The position numbers and the translations under genes are program-made. Shown here in pieces: positions 35,894 through 44,479 of a DNA stretch of 55,001 nt. The notes beneath the pieces are model-generated. The model was not told the DNA's origin. It did not search any database and saw only the letters and a program-made list of their open reading frames with translations. Origin of the DNA: a virus; IMG/VR virus record IMGVR_UViG_3300045015_000042; one strand, written 5' to 3'. Position 1 is the first letter of the stretch; each line of letters starts with the position of its first letter.

Positions 35894-37170
35894 CAGAAAG
35901 GAATCTCCTCGTCGCCGAAGATGTCGCCGGGAACGTATTTCACCGGCTCGCGTTTGTTCTTCTTGTCCTCCAGCGTACCCGACAGGATCTCGTGCAACGC
36001 CTCCTTGTACCTCGTCGCCGCAGTCCCCTCTCTACGCGGAGGACCGGAACGGTACAGGTTCCACAACCAGTCTATCGCCCACGTCGAATACTCGTCGTCG
36101 TCTTGGTAGCCGGCTTCCATCCCCGGCTTGTTCCTAATAGTCTCCAGTCCGAACGTCGGCAACACCTCGGTCGCATACGCTTCCCAGTCGAACTTCCGCT
36201 TGCTCCAGTATTTGGCGACGTGGTCGTCGCCGAAAGCGTCGTGGGTCGAAGGGATGTGCAGCCGCTTGTACAGGTCGGCGTAAATCATCCGCTTCTCGGC
36301 GTACTCTCTGTCGCTGTGTTCGTAGCGCGACTGAACGACGCCGTCCAGTTCGGACTTCGGGATACCGAGCCGATTCGCTTCGCGAACGGCGTCCCCGTAA
36401 GTGTTCACCCGGCTCATGATCGCGTCCACGTCACGCTTCGTCAGCTTCCGGCGGTAAACGCTGTTCTTGTAGCCGTACCCGCCCTCGACCGGCTTCGCCG
36501 CCGGACCCGACTCGATCCCCTCTTCCTTGTCCCGGCGCGGCCACAATATCACCGTCAGTTCACGGGCCAGATCCGCCGCACCCTTCCCGTGCTTCCCGCC
36601 CCACTGCCCCGGATTCGTCTTCGACGCCTTCAACAACTGCCGCAGACCCTTCCGCTCCGGTTCGCTCAACCCGTCGATCAGTTTCTGCTTGACCCGGCCC
36701 TTCAGTGCGTCAACCAGAATTTCAAGCTCCGGTTCGTCTACGAAGTCCACGGTGTTGTGGCGGCGTTCGGCGGCGTATCCCAACATTTCAACGACCTGAC
36801 GCCAGCTTCCGACGATGCGGCTCCGCATGTCGAAGTGCCGGCGTTCCGTGCTGCGCATGTAGTTGGTTTTGGGGACGCGGCGGGGCTTCTCGTCGTTCTC
36901 TCTGGGGTCGAGTTTGTTGCCCAACCACTCCTGGGCCATCTTCTTGGCCGTGTGCGGGCTGTCGGCGATGACGTAGACCACGTCCTCGGCGAAGTCGCCG
37001 GTCTTCCACTTCCGCTGGTTCTTCGGCGCGTGGAACGTCACGCGAAACTTTTTGTAGCCGTCCTCGTAGTTGCCGAGGATCGCGTGTTCGCTAAGACCGC
37101 CGATCTCTTCGACCGTAACGTCCAGCGGCCCAAGCTCAATAAACGAGCGGAATGACATACTGAATTCCAT
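35893..37170 (-). CDS. Hypothetical protein, 425 aa.
   Basis: Track ORF. Confidence 0.6.
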   Translation of the reverse strand: MEFSMSFRSFIELGPLDVTVEEIGGLSEHAILGNYEDGYKKFRVTFHAPKNQRKWKTGDFAEDVVYVIADSPHTAKKMAQEWLGNKLDPRENDEKPRRVPKTNYMRSTERRHFDMRSRIVGSWRQVVEMLGYAAERRHNTVDFVDEPELEILVDALKGRVKQKLIDGLSEPERKGLRQLLKASKTNPGQWGGKHGKGAADLARELTVILWPRRDKEEGIESGPAAKPVEGGYGYKNSVYRRKLTKRDVDAIMSRVNTYGDAVREANRLGIPKSELDGVVQSRYEHSDREYAEKRMIYADLYKRLHIPSTHDAFGDDHVAKYWSKRKFDWEAYATEVLPTFGLETIRNKPGMEAGYQDDDEYSTWAIDWLWNLYRSGPPRREGTAATRYKEALHEILSGTLEDKKNKREPVKYVPGDIFGDEEIPF

Positions 37171-37204
37171 GCCTTATTTAGCCGCTCCCGACAATAACTA
37201 AGGC

Positions 37205-37693
37205 ATGCAAACTTTCCGTCAGTGGATCGAATCGTCCCTTTCTCACCCCGCACAGGTCGCTTTCAACAGCGTCTTCGAGGCCGCTGTCGCCATCCGCAAG
37301 TTCATGAACAACCTCAAGGGCAAACAGCAAGTGCCGCAACAGGACGTGTACGGCATCGCCGACGCCGCCCAGAAGCTCTATTCCGCCATCATCAACATGG
37401 ACAGCACGACACGCGGCGAAATCGAAACCGGGCAACACACCGACGCCCTCTCGAACCGCGTCTACTACGCCATGAAGGACATCGACATGATCGTGTCGGA
37501 CATGAAAGACAACCCGGAGCGGTACGGCGACATGGCGACTTCCGCCGTCTCAAGGCTCGGCGGAAATGGCTACAGTCAAACCGTCCGCACGGCCGGAACA
37601 GCCGGGAACAATCACCTGCAAGACATGTACAAAGAACTGGTCGGCCTGCGGCAGAAGATCCGGTCGGCCTACGACAACATGTTCAAGGACTAA
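37205..37693 (+). CDS. Hypothetical protein, 162 aa.
   Basis: Track ORF. Confidence 0.55.
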   Translation: MQTFRQWIESSLSHPAQVAFNSVFEAAVAIRKFMNNLKGKQQVPQQDVYGIADAAQKLYSAIINMDSTTRGEIETGQHTDALSNRVYYAMKDIDMIVSDMKDNPERYGDMATSAVSRLGGNGYSQTVRTAGTAGNNHLQDMYKELVGLRQKIRSAYDNMFKD

Positions 37694-37929
37694 TCGCCCT
37701 GCCAGCCGGCGATCACGATAACCTTCTCGCCCTCGATCTCTTCGCCCTCTTCGTAGAGGTCTTCCGTGAAACACGAGCCGTCGTCCTGTTGGAACGCTAT
37801 CTCACAACTCGTCGCCACGCCGCTATAACTCAGATCATCGAATCCGCAGGACGCGATGATCTTCAGGTTGTGGTTGGCCTCGTCCTCGTATAGCTTGTCA
37901 ACCAGTTCCTTCAACTCGAACAGTCTCAT
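37690..37929 (-). CDS. Small acidic protein (~79 aa, start MRLFELKEL).
   Basis: Internal ATG with a GAGGAGGA Shine-Dalgarno in an ATGA overlap. Confidence 0.5.
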   Translation of the reverse strand: MRLFELKELVDKLYEDEANHNLKIIASCGFDDLSYSGVATSCEIAFQQDDGSCFTEDLYEEGEEIEGEKVIVIAGWQGD

Positions 37930-38195
37930 TCTTCCTCCTCGTAGCCGCCGAGGTCTACGATGTGGCTGGTGCCTACTGGTGGCGTCGGCGGCGTCACCGG
38001 GGAGTAGTGGCTGAGTTGGCTCACGGGGAACCCCATGTCGCAACCCATGATGTAGTAGTACAGGTTGTTGCCGTTCTCTTCCTCGTCAATGGCGACCACC
38101 ATCGCGAACAGCACGCCGTTGAGCATGTCGTGTACCCAGTACAGACCCTCTTTTTCCGGCGTCCCCTCGATCCAGTTGATCTCGTTCATGGTCAT
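37926..38195 (-). CDS. Small protein (~89 aa, start MTMNEINW).
   Basis: Internal ATG with a GGAGAA Shine-Dalgarno in an ATGA overlap. Confidence 0.5.
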   Translation of the reverse strand: MTMNEINWIEGTPEKEGLYWVHDMLNGVLFAMVVAIDEEENGNNLYYYIMGCDMGFPVSQLSHYSPVTPPTPPVGTSHIVDLGGYEEEE

Positions 38196-38443
38196 TTCTC
38201 CAGTTCTGCGAGTTCCGCGTCGGACATTTCCCACTGCCGACACTTGTTCAGTGCGTCTTCCAACTTGTCGCCCGTCCTCGGAGGCGGCGCGGGCATCTCA
38301 CATTCCGCTTCGATCTCGAAATCCGAACGGTTCAGTCTGGCACCGTCGTCCCGGCGAACCACGAACTTGATCATGTTCGGGAACACACCCGTCACCTTAG
38401 AAATCATCGACCGGATCTCGTCTTCTGTATAGATCGTTTTCAT
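38192..38443 (-). CDS. Small protein (~83 aa, start MKTIYTEDE).
   Basis: Internal ATG in an ATGA overlap. Confidence 0.45.
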   Translation of the reverse strand: MKTIYTEDEIRSMISKVTGVFPNMIKFVVRRDDGARLNRSDFEIEAECEMPAPPPRTGDKLEDALNKCRQWEMSDAELAELEK

Positions 38444-38772
38444 AGCCTGATCTCTGCCCTTTCCAGTGCCGCGAACAGTTGATCCGCCAGCCGCTGCTTG
38501 TGTTCGGCGTCGAACGCACCAGCGAAATCGTGCATCTCCCCTAAGTGCAAACACGACTGGAAGAAATTGTAGTCGAACGAGATCCGGCGAATCACCTGAT
38601 TGGTTTCGGGATCGATCCGGCAGCCCTCATCCTTGACGCCGCTGATGAAGACGTGGTTCGCAAGGTTTTCTTCTTCTTGCTTGAACCGCTCGGCACGGTA
38701 ATCTTCCTCGGTTCTGGTCGAGTTGATGACGGGGATGCCTTTTGCCAGACACTCTGCAACCAAGTCGTGCAT
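38440..38772 (-). CDS. Hypothetical protein, 110 aa.
   Basis: Track ORF. Confidence 0.5.
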   Translation of the reverse strand: MHDLVAECLAKGIPVINSTRTEEDYRAERFKQEEENLANHVFISGVKDEGCRIDPETNQVIRRISFDYNFFQSCLHLGEMHDFAGAFDAEHKQRLADQLFAALERAEIRL

Positions 38773-38773
38773 G

Positions 38774-39019
38774 TCACTCCGGTGGTAAGTAGCGGTCGGT
38801 AACGTTCCGACCGGGTTTCACTTTGATGATGCCGTTCTCTGACGGCGGGCCGTCTTTACCGTACTTGATGTACAAGTAAGTAATGTAATCGGCCGCATGG
38901 GGCATTCCGTAAAGCGGCGGGTGCTGACCCATCAAATTCACAATGTCCGGGTACAAACCCAGTTTGGCACCCGAACGCTTCGTGTCCTCGACTATCGTCA
39001 GCCATTCTTTGAAGTTCAT
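38774..39019 (-). CDS. Hypothetical protein (~81 aa from MNFKEW). The longer track ORF (to 39163) gains its N-terminus from the 26-bp duplication and out-of-frame ARH sequence.
   Basis: See the duplication at 39076..39127. Confidence 0.4.
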   Translation of the reverse strand: MNFKEWLTIVEDTKRSGAKLGLYPDIVNLMGQHPPLYGMPHAADYITYLYIKYGKDGPPSENGIIKVKPGRNVTDRYLPPE

Positions 39020-39027
39020 GACGGTAT

Positions 39028-40158
39028 CTAGCCGCCACGCCGCCTCGTCTTGCAAAAAGAAGCCCCCACAATCCTTACACTTGTACGTCGCCGGGTTCGT
39101 GTACACTTGTACGTCGCCGGGTTCGTGTCGCCATAATAGCTGCCGCCGTTCTCGTGCAGACACACCCGCGTCCCGTCGTCTTCCTTCGGACCAAAATCAA
39201 TGTAGTCCTTCAACTCCCGCGCCGGGGCCGGACAACCCAACGCCTTCAACGCCGACTCGATCATGTCCTTCCGGTCCAAACCGTCCACGAACTTCGCCGG
39301 AATCCCGCCCAACCCCCAATACGCCCCCGCAAACTGCCCACACACCGCACCCGTCGTATCCGCGTCCTCACCCAGATTGACGGCGCGAAGTACCGCCTCA
39401 TCGAAACTGTCCGCGTCGTGGAACGCCCACAGAGCCGCTTCCAGAGACGCCACCACCCAACCCGACCCACGAACCATGTTCGGCGTCTTGTTCCGGTAAC
39501 TCCCCTGAATCACGTTCTCGATCAACGGGTCGAATTGCTCGGACTTCCTGGCAATCTGAACCGGCTCCCACTCCGGGTCCAACACCGTTTCCCTAGACTC
39601 GCCGTTAATAAGGCCAGCCAGCACCAAGTTCATATAACGACACGCCGACCGACACTGGTCGCTCGCGTGCGTCACCTGACTGGAGTCTGAGGCTTTCTCG
39701 GTGAGAGGGCTGACGTGGCCTTCGGCTAGTAGATCGGCGGTGTGAATCGCAACGGGTGCCAATCGCATGATGCTGCCGTTGCCCGAAGATCCGGGTGCCG
39801 GGTCGCCCGACTTCCAGGGATCTCCGTCGCGCTCGAAGTTCATCAAGGCGTCACGGGTCGTACACCCGATGTCGAAACAGAACCCGTTCACGCTGTAGCG
39901 GCCGTTCTGGAACCAGTCCAAGTAACGGCTCATCTGGTCCTTCAAATCCCAACCCTTCTCGCCGATGCTGTGCGCCAACGCCAGAGCCATCGACGTGTCG
40001 TCGGTCCACTGGCCTTTGGCGAGGCTGTGCGGCCCGCCCGAACGGTAGGTGGTCACCAACGCAAACGTTCCGGGGGAACGGAACTCGACCGCAGCCCCCA
40101 GAGCGTCACCGATTGCGAGGCCGTACAGACAGCCCCGTTTCCTATCAAGATTGTTCAT
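39028..40158 (-). CDS. ADP-ribosylglycohydrolase family protein (DraG/ARH-like), 376 aa. The last 24 aa are a frameshifted tail created by the 26-bp duplication.
   Basis: Motifs GLAIGDALGAAVEF, GNGSIMRLAPV and DADTTGAVCGQFAGAYWG. Confidence 0.75.
   Translation of the reverse strand: MNNLDRKRGCLYGLAIGDALGAAVEFRSPGTFALVTTYRSGGPHSLAKGQWTDDTSMALALAHSIGEKGWDLKDQMSRYLDWFQNGRYSVNGFCFDIGCTTRDALMNFERDGDPWKSGDPAPGSSGNGSIMRLAPVAIHTADLLAEGHVSPLTEKASDSSQVTHASDQCRSACRYMNLVLAGLINGESRETVLDPEWEPVQIARKSEQFDPLIENVIQGSYRNKTPNMVRGSGWVVASLEAALWAFHDADSFDEAVLRAVNLGEDADTTGAVCGQFAGAYWGLGGIPAKFVDGLDRKDMIESALKALGCPAPARELKDYIDFGPKEDDGTRVCLHENGGSYYGDTNPATYKCTRTRRRTSVRIVGASFCKTRRRGG
39076..39127. repeat. Perfect 26-bp tandem duplication (TACACTTGTACGTCGCCGGGTTCGTG x2) at the 3' end of the ADP-ribosylglycohydrolase gene. 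Not a multiple of 3, so it is frame-shifting.
   Basis: Read directly. Removing one copy fuses the ARH ORF in-frame to 38774..39019 (…TNPATYKC-KDCGGFFLQDEAAWRLDTVMNFKEW…). Confidence 0.85.
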
Positions 40159-40432
40159 GTGTGATCTTTCCGCTGACGTGATCGAAGTCCCACTTGGGGA
40201 GGGACTTCAAGTAATCTTCGCCGACGACCGTGATTTTCTCAGGGTCCATTTCGAGGTACGGCTGGCCGGGATGTGTTTCGTTGCCGAACTTGAAGTTGAC
40301 CGGGGCCAGATACCACGCACCCTCGAACGAGAGAGCGGTCCATTCCTTCCCCTCGATCACCACGTCCCACAACGGGAGGTCGCCTTCGAGGGTCGCCAGA
40401 TTGAGCCGCTCCACTTGTTCTTCGGTGATCAT
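40145..40432 (-). CDS. Small protein (~95 aa, start MITEEQVERL).
   Basis: Internal ATG with a GAGAGAGAAG Shine-Dalgarno in an ATGA overlap. The upstream part of the track ORF is Arg-rich junk. Confidence 0.5.
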   Translation of the reverse strand: MITEEQVERLNLATLEGDLPLWDVVIEGKEWTALSFEGAWYLAPVNFKFGNETHPGQPYLEMDPEKITVVGEDYLKSLPKWDFDHVSGKITHEQS

Positions 40433-40773
40433 TTCTTCTCTCTCTCGTCGGGACCGGCCTTCGGCTTCGGGAACGACGTGACCTCGATCCGGTCGATGCT
40501 GCCGAGGTAGCCGTCGAAGTAGATCTTCACCTTCGGCTGCTCGTTCTCGGTCAGCCACTTCACGAACTCGGTCGTCGTGATTTTCTTCCCGTCGAGCTTG
40601 ATCTTCGCGCTGCTGATGTTGTAAACGTCTTTGCTCTTTTCGAGCGTGATCTTGACGAACCACGGGCGGTTGCCGGCCGGCATGAACTGGATCGTCTCCA
40701 GAACGCCCTCGACCGGCTTCGCCTCTTCGCCGGCCCCGACCCCCAACGCCACCGACAGGATCATTGCGAACAT
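40429..40773 (-). CDS. Small secreted protein (~114 aa; signal-like MFAMILSVALGVGAG).
   Basis: Internal ATG with an AGAGGA Shine-Dalgarno. Confidence 0.5.
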   Translation of the reverse strand: MFAMILSVALGVGAGEEAKPVEGVLETIQFMPAGNRPWFVKITLEKSKDVYNISSAKIKLDGKKITTTEFVKWLTENEQPKVKIYFDGYLGSIDRIEVTSFPKPKAGPDEREKK

Positions 40774-40955
40774 GGTTTGTCCTCTTCTTCCGCCATCGGG
40801 AGTTGACAGTTGCACGCGGGCCAGCCCCGCATCAACACGACACCCAAACGACAGACGTTGTTGAACGTAGCGAAAACCAAGATCAAGATCAAGAAGAAAA
40901 AGAATCCCTGACCCAACGGACTCCAGTGCGCGATCATGTCGAGAATCTTGTCCAT
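40761..40955 (-). CDS. Small membrane protein (64 aa; FFFFLILILVFATF).
   Basis: Track ORF. Overlaps the next start by 13 nt. Confidence 0.4.
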   Translation of the reverse strand: MDKILDMIAHWSPLGQGFFFFLILILVFATFNNVCRLGVVLMRGWPACNCQLPMAEEEDKPCSQ

Positions 40956-41023
40956 TGCGTTCCCACCCGTGGTAAAAGTTCAACGGCAACTAATTATACC
41001 AGGGCGGCACAGATAGATATTGC

Positions 41024-41734
41024 ATGAACGGTTTCCGAGAATTCTTCAACTACCAAGACCTGATCAGCGACCTGGGGGATGCGGGTGCGGAAGACATCGG
41101 CGGCATTCACGAGTTCCAGATCAACCCCGCCGGCCGCAAGAAAATACTAATCGTCGGCGGCGTTCACGGCGACGAGGAGTCGGGTCCGCGTGGGGTCGTG
41201 GCCTACGCACGGGGCAAGCCCGATCCCAAAAACCACCTGATCTTCATACCCTGCGCGAACGCACACGGGTTCGACAAAGGGGTTCGGACCAACGCCGACC
41301 GACGCGACATTAACCGGCACTTCCACCCCAAAAAGCAAACCAAAGAATCCGAAGCGGTCTGGAAGCGTGTTTTGAAACACGAACCCGATTTCGTCGTCAG
41401 TTTGCACGAGGTCGATTACAAAACCGCCTTCATCTACTGCCAGTCCAGCGGCAAAAAGTGTGACCTCCTGCCGCTGGCGAAAAAACTGGTCGGGGAAATA
41501 CAGAAGGAGTTCCCGGTCCACAAGGGCAAATTGAATGACGGACCCTTCAAGAACCGTTGCAGCGGGAGCAGAAACGGAGTCGTCTCCTGCAAACAGACCT
41601 CTCTCGACACGCTCGAAGATCAACTGCTCAAAGAAGGCATACCGTCGTTGACTACCGAGTTACCTTCGGGAGCAAGCCGCGCCAAGAAAATCGAAGTGAC
41701 CGTCAAAATGCTCGAAGTAATCGGGCAATGGTAA
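41024..41734 (+). CDS. M14-family zinc carboxypeptidase-like protein (236 aa; HGDEESG ... NAHGFDKGVRTNADRRDINRHF ... HEVD). Candidate peptidoglycan peptidase or lysin.
   Basis: HxxE plus NP(A)xG...DLNRNF-type motifs. Confidence 0.5.
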   Translation: MNGFREFFNYQDLISDLGDAGAEDIGGIHEFQINPAGRKKILIVGGVHGDEESGPRGVVAYARGKPDPKNHLIFIPCANAHGFDKGVRTNADRRDINRHFHPKKQTKESEAVWKRVLKHEPDFVVSLHEVDYKTAFIYCQSSGKKCDLLPLAKKLVGEIQKEFPVHKGKLNDGPFKNRCSGSRNGVVSCKQTSLDTLEDQLLKEGIPSLTTELPSGASRAKKIEVTVKMLEVIGQW

Positions 41735-41735
41735 A

Positions 41736-41775
41736 CAATGAAGGCCAGACGTTTCTTCACGTCTGGCCTTCATTG
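41736..41775. terminator. Bidirectional terminator hairpin (16-bp stem CAATGAAGGCCAGACG/CGTCTGGCCTTCATTG) between convergent genes.
   Basis: Perfect 16-bp stem. Confidence 0.7.
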
Positions 41776-41787
41776 TAGCGGTAGCCG

Positions 41788-42162
41788 TTAAGACGAAGAG
41801 GGCGGGAGCAACGACAAGTGTATCGAGTTCGTCCTGATTTCGAGGGAACCGCCAGCAGGCACGAGGATGCCCTGGCCTCCCAAGCTCTGCCACATGACTT
41901 CCGTCATGCCGTCCAGCCAGATGCTGAACCCGTCTATCATGGTCGCCACGGCACAAGGGTGAGAGATCACCTCCTCAAAGGGGTAAACGGCCTTGATGAA
42001 CGCACGCTCGCCGCTACCGCTGTCTACCCAAAAACTAACAGTCAACCGTGACTTCAAGTCCTTGAGTAGTGTTCCAATCGGGAAAACTACGGCGTCGTTG
42101 TGCCAAACGCCTTTGTACGTTTCCGCCTCACGCAACCACTTCTTCTGTAACCACTGGTTCAT
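41788..42162 (-). CDS. Hypothetical protein (~124 aa, start MNQWLQKK).
   Basis: Internal ATG with an AAGGAAG Shine-Dalgarno. Confidence 0.5.
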   Translation of the reverse strand: MNQWLQKKWLREAETYKGVWHNDAVVFPIGTLLKDLKSRLTVSFWVDSGSGERAFIKAVYPFEEVISHPCAVATMIDGFSIWLDGMTEVMWQSLGGQGILVPAGGSLEIRTNSIHLSLLPPSSS

Positions 42163-42568
42163 TTTCTTCCTTCGGATGCTTCCTCGGATTCCCCAACCCC
42201 ACCTCGCGTTCCGGCCCGCACTCATCGAACAACGGCCAGAACTTCGGGTCTTTCGGATACGCCGCACCCTGCGGCCTCATCTTCCTCACCCGGCAGCAGA
42301 ACAGACTCGTCGCGTCACACACACCCACCACGTCGTCAACCTTCTTGCAGTCCTCTACCGCTCGCTCCAGTTCCGCCACGTTCTCAGGGGTAATCTTCTC
42401 CAGATCCGCACTCCCCCAATAGAAGAGGTCGTTGCACATCGCGAACATCGTCACCGGCGCGTACTCGCCGTCCACCCGCCACCACAACTCGCTCCCGTCC
42501 GGGCCGTCGAAACCGTCGTAAACCGCCAACACCCGCCGGACGAACGCCAAGATCTCAGAATCGTTCAT
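42128..42568 (-). CDS. Hypothetical protein (~146 aa, start MNDSEILAF).
   Basis: Internal ATG. Confidence 0.45.
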   Translation of the reverse strand: MNDSEILAFVRRVLAVYDGFDGPDGSELWWRVDGEYAPVTMFAMCNDLFYWGSADLEKITPENVAELERAVEDCKKVDDVVGVCDATSLFCCRVRKMRPQGAAYPKDPKFWPLFDECGPEREVGLGNPRKHPKEENEPVVTEEVVA

Positions 42569-42573
42569 CTTGA

Positions 42574-42705
42574 AGTCCTCAGAAACACATCGCGATTGCG
42601 ACACCCGCACCGATCAAAGTCAAAAGGCCGACAGCAACCATGATCGCACAGTTGCAGCCGCAGCCCTGAAACGGATTGTTGCGTTGAGCAAAGAGTGGGT
42701 TCATG
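42574..42705 (-). CDS. Possible tiny membrane protein (43 aa; MNPLFAQRNNPFQGCGCNCAIMVAVGLLTLIGAGVAIAMCF).
   Basis: Untracked small ORF between genes with an AGGTG upstream. Confidence 0.25.
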
Positions 42706-42741
42706 TGAAAATAATAGCCGCACCTGGGGCGAGGGCCAAAT

Positions 42742-43179
42742 TCATTTCGACAAATTGCTTTTTACTGCGTCGGCGATTTGAAGGTAAGTTTCAAGCCCGT
42801 GATTCGAGATGGCAGTGTTTAACGCATAAAGAATGTAGCGGACGTTTTCTCGCAAGTAGCCTTTGCTGTTGTCTATTCTGTCCAGGCTCGCCACGAAGGG
42901 TGCTGCATCGGAAAAAGGAATCTTCGACAAAGCACAGCAATCATTTTGAATCCGAAGTAGGTTCTCCAGAAATTCAATGCTTAAATCGAAATCGAGATGC
43001 TTTTTCTCGGCGCGTTTTTTGGAGTGGACGTAACTGACGTAAGCCCTCTTGCTAGACAGCTTGTTTAGCCAAGCGACATTTTCTAGCCTTCGGCATTTCT
43101 TGCATCGTCTGCCATTGTGTTTCTTCCCGCGATAGAAGTGTTCGTCGCCTTTGTCTTCTTTGCATTTGGTGCAGATCAT
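42742..43179 (-). CDS. HNH homing endonuclease-like protein (145 aa; N-terminal CxxC...CxxC zinc finger plus ASLDRIDNSKGYLRENV).
   Basis: Motif resemblance. Gene lies in a low-GC island. Confidence 0.55.
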   Translation of the reverse strand: MICTKCKEDKGDEHFYRGKKHNGRRCKKCRRLENVAWLNKLSSKRAYVSYVHSKKRAEKKHLDFDLSIEFLENLLRIQNDCCALSKIPFSDAAPFVASLDRIDNSKGYLRENVRYILYALNTAISNHGLETYLQIADAVKSNLSK

Positions 43180-43461
43180 TTAACGCCCCCAGAGTTCAGA
43201 TATTCTATCGTGAAAACCCTGGAGAATTGCGTTATGCTGGTCGGCGGGATTTTTTCGCGGCTCTTGTTTCCAAAAGGTTCGACCCTGACGCCGGGGGCCG
43301 AAAAACCTGGGCGGGATTTTTTTGTGACACGCTAATAAGAAAACAAGGCCGTAGAGGTATGGGGACCGCCCCCGAACGGGAACCATCGTCAGACTTTTTG
43401 CTTTTGAATTTCGACATTCATTAAAATGTTACAGCGTCCTGTTCATAGCGTTGTACCTTTG

Positions 43462-43495
43462 TATCCACCACACACATAGTAGTGTGTGGTGGATA
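43462..43495. promoter_or_regulatory. Perfect 14-bp inverted repeat TATCCACCACACAC-ATAGTA-GTGTGTGGTGGATA.
   Basis: Read directly. No U-run. Lies between the HNH start and the stop of 43510..43851. Confidence 0.5.
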
Positions 43496-43509
43496 CTATC
43501 CAACTGTTG

Positions 43510-43851
43510 TCATTGCATCAGCAATGCTAACTGGCGCATGTATCGCTCGCTCTGTAGTACGACCTTGAGTGATAGTAGCTGCTGCTTGGTGAGTGGTCGG
43601 CCGCTGTCCTTCTGATCCCTGAGCGAGTGTAGGTAGCGTGTGTCGTGGTCCTCGATGCCGAAAGGACCGGGCAGTTCGGTAGCGAGATCCTCGGCGTTGC
43701 TGTCAGCCAGCACAAGCGTGTCGAACATGCGTTCCACTTCGTCTAGCTGCGAGGCTTTGAGCTTGGGCAGTCGCTGCGCTAGGTCGGCGGTTCGTGCGGC
43801 GAGGTGGGGAAGGTTGGTCTTCCCGTTCGCCTTAGCTTCGTTGATGTCCAT
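43510..43851 (-). CDS. Hypothetical protein (113 aa; N-terminus MDINEAKAN supplied by the 127-bp repeat).
   Basis: Track ORF. AAGGAG Shine-Dalgarno. Confidence 0.55.
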   Translation of the reverse strand: MDINEAKANGKTNLPHLAARTADLAQRLPKLKASQLDEVERMFDTLVLADSNAEDLATELPGPFGIEDHDTRYLHSLRDQKDSGRPLTKQQLLSLKVVLQSERYMRQLALLMQ

Positions 43852-43950
43852 TGCGATCTCCTTGCACAGCCCTAGAAGGGCGTTGAAACGAAAGAAGCCC
43901 GGAAGGGCGATGGGTCGCCGATCCGGGCTTGGAAGCGATCCTATGCGATT
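43824..43950 (-). repeat. 127-bp perfect direct repeat, copy 1: promoter/leader hairpin, AAGGAG Shine-Dalgarno and the first 10 codons MDINEAKAN(G).
   Basis: Identical to 44958..45084. Confidence 0.9.
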
Positions 43951-44469
43951 TCAGACGGTAGCGGGTTGGAACAGGGCGAGGAAGTTCTGGTAGTCGCCGT
44001 TGTCCGGGTCGGTCAGCTTGGTCGTCATGCGGTCGGTGTCGTTGGTCAGGGCGATGGCGTCTTGCCAGAGGTCGTTGTTGTTCTCGCTGGTCACGGTGGC
44101 GATGCGGATGTTCTCGCCGTGCTTCGCGAGGCGAACCCGGTACTTGTAGGTGTTCACCCGGCTGATTTCGATCTCCGGGGCGAGCGCCTTCCGAGCGAGT
44201 TCGGCCGTCAGCATCCCGGTGGCGGCGTAGTAGTTGATGTCCGTCTCACGCCACGGTTCGAGTTCGCAGGTATCGACGTTGCGGCCGTGGATCGGGCAGG
44301 CGTCGTTCTGGCCGTTGCACCGATGGTCCGGGCATTCCATCTTGTCGCCCGTCTTCGGGTCGATGTAGTGGAGTTTGGCGAGCTTGCGCCGGCCGTGTTC
44401 GATGAAGCCGATGACGACCGCGTAGCGGCTGCTGGCCGGGATGCTGACGATGTCGTTGAGGCTGACCAT
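43951..44469 (-). CDS. Hypothetical Cys/His-containing protein (~172 aa, start MVSLNDIV).
   Basis: Internal ATG with a GAAGGTG Shine-Dalgarno. Upstream track-ORF residues are Arg/Gly-rich junk. Confidence 0.5.
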   Translation of the reverse strand: MVSLNDIVSIPASSRYAVVIGFIEHGRRKLAKLHYIDPKTGDKMECPDHRCNGQNDACPIHGRNVDTCELEPWRETDINYYAATGMLTAELARKALAPEIEISRVNTYKYRVRLAKHGENIRIATVTSENNNDLWQDAIALTNDTDRMTTKLTDPDNGDYQNFLALFQPATV

Positions 44470-44479
44470 GATCACCTTC

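Larger units (their letters stand above)
42700..43500. mobile_element. Low-GC (~45%) island containing the HNH endonuclease gene and an AT-rich, non-coding 330 bp. Looks like a homing-endonuclease insertion.
   Basis: Sharp compositional contrast with the ~60% GC flanks. Confidence 0.4.

Noticed and set aside
35992-37155. Plus ORF of 387 aa antisense to 35893..37170.
   Set aside because: Arg-rich low complexity. The minus gene has a start and stop consistent with its neighbours.
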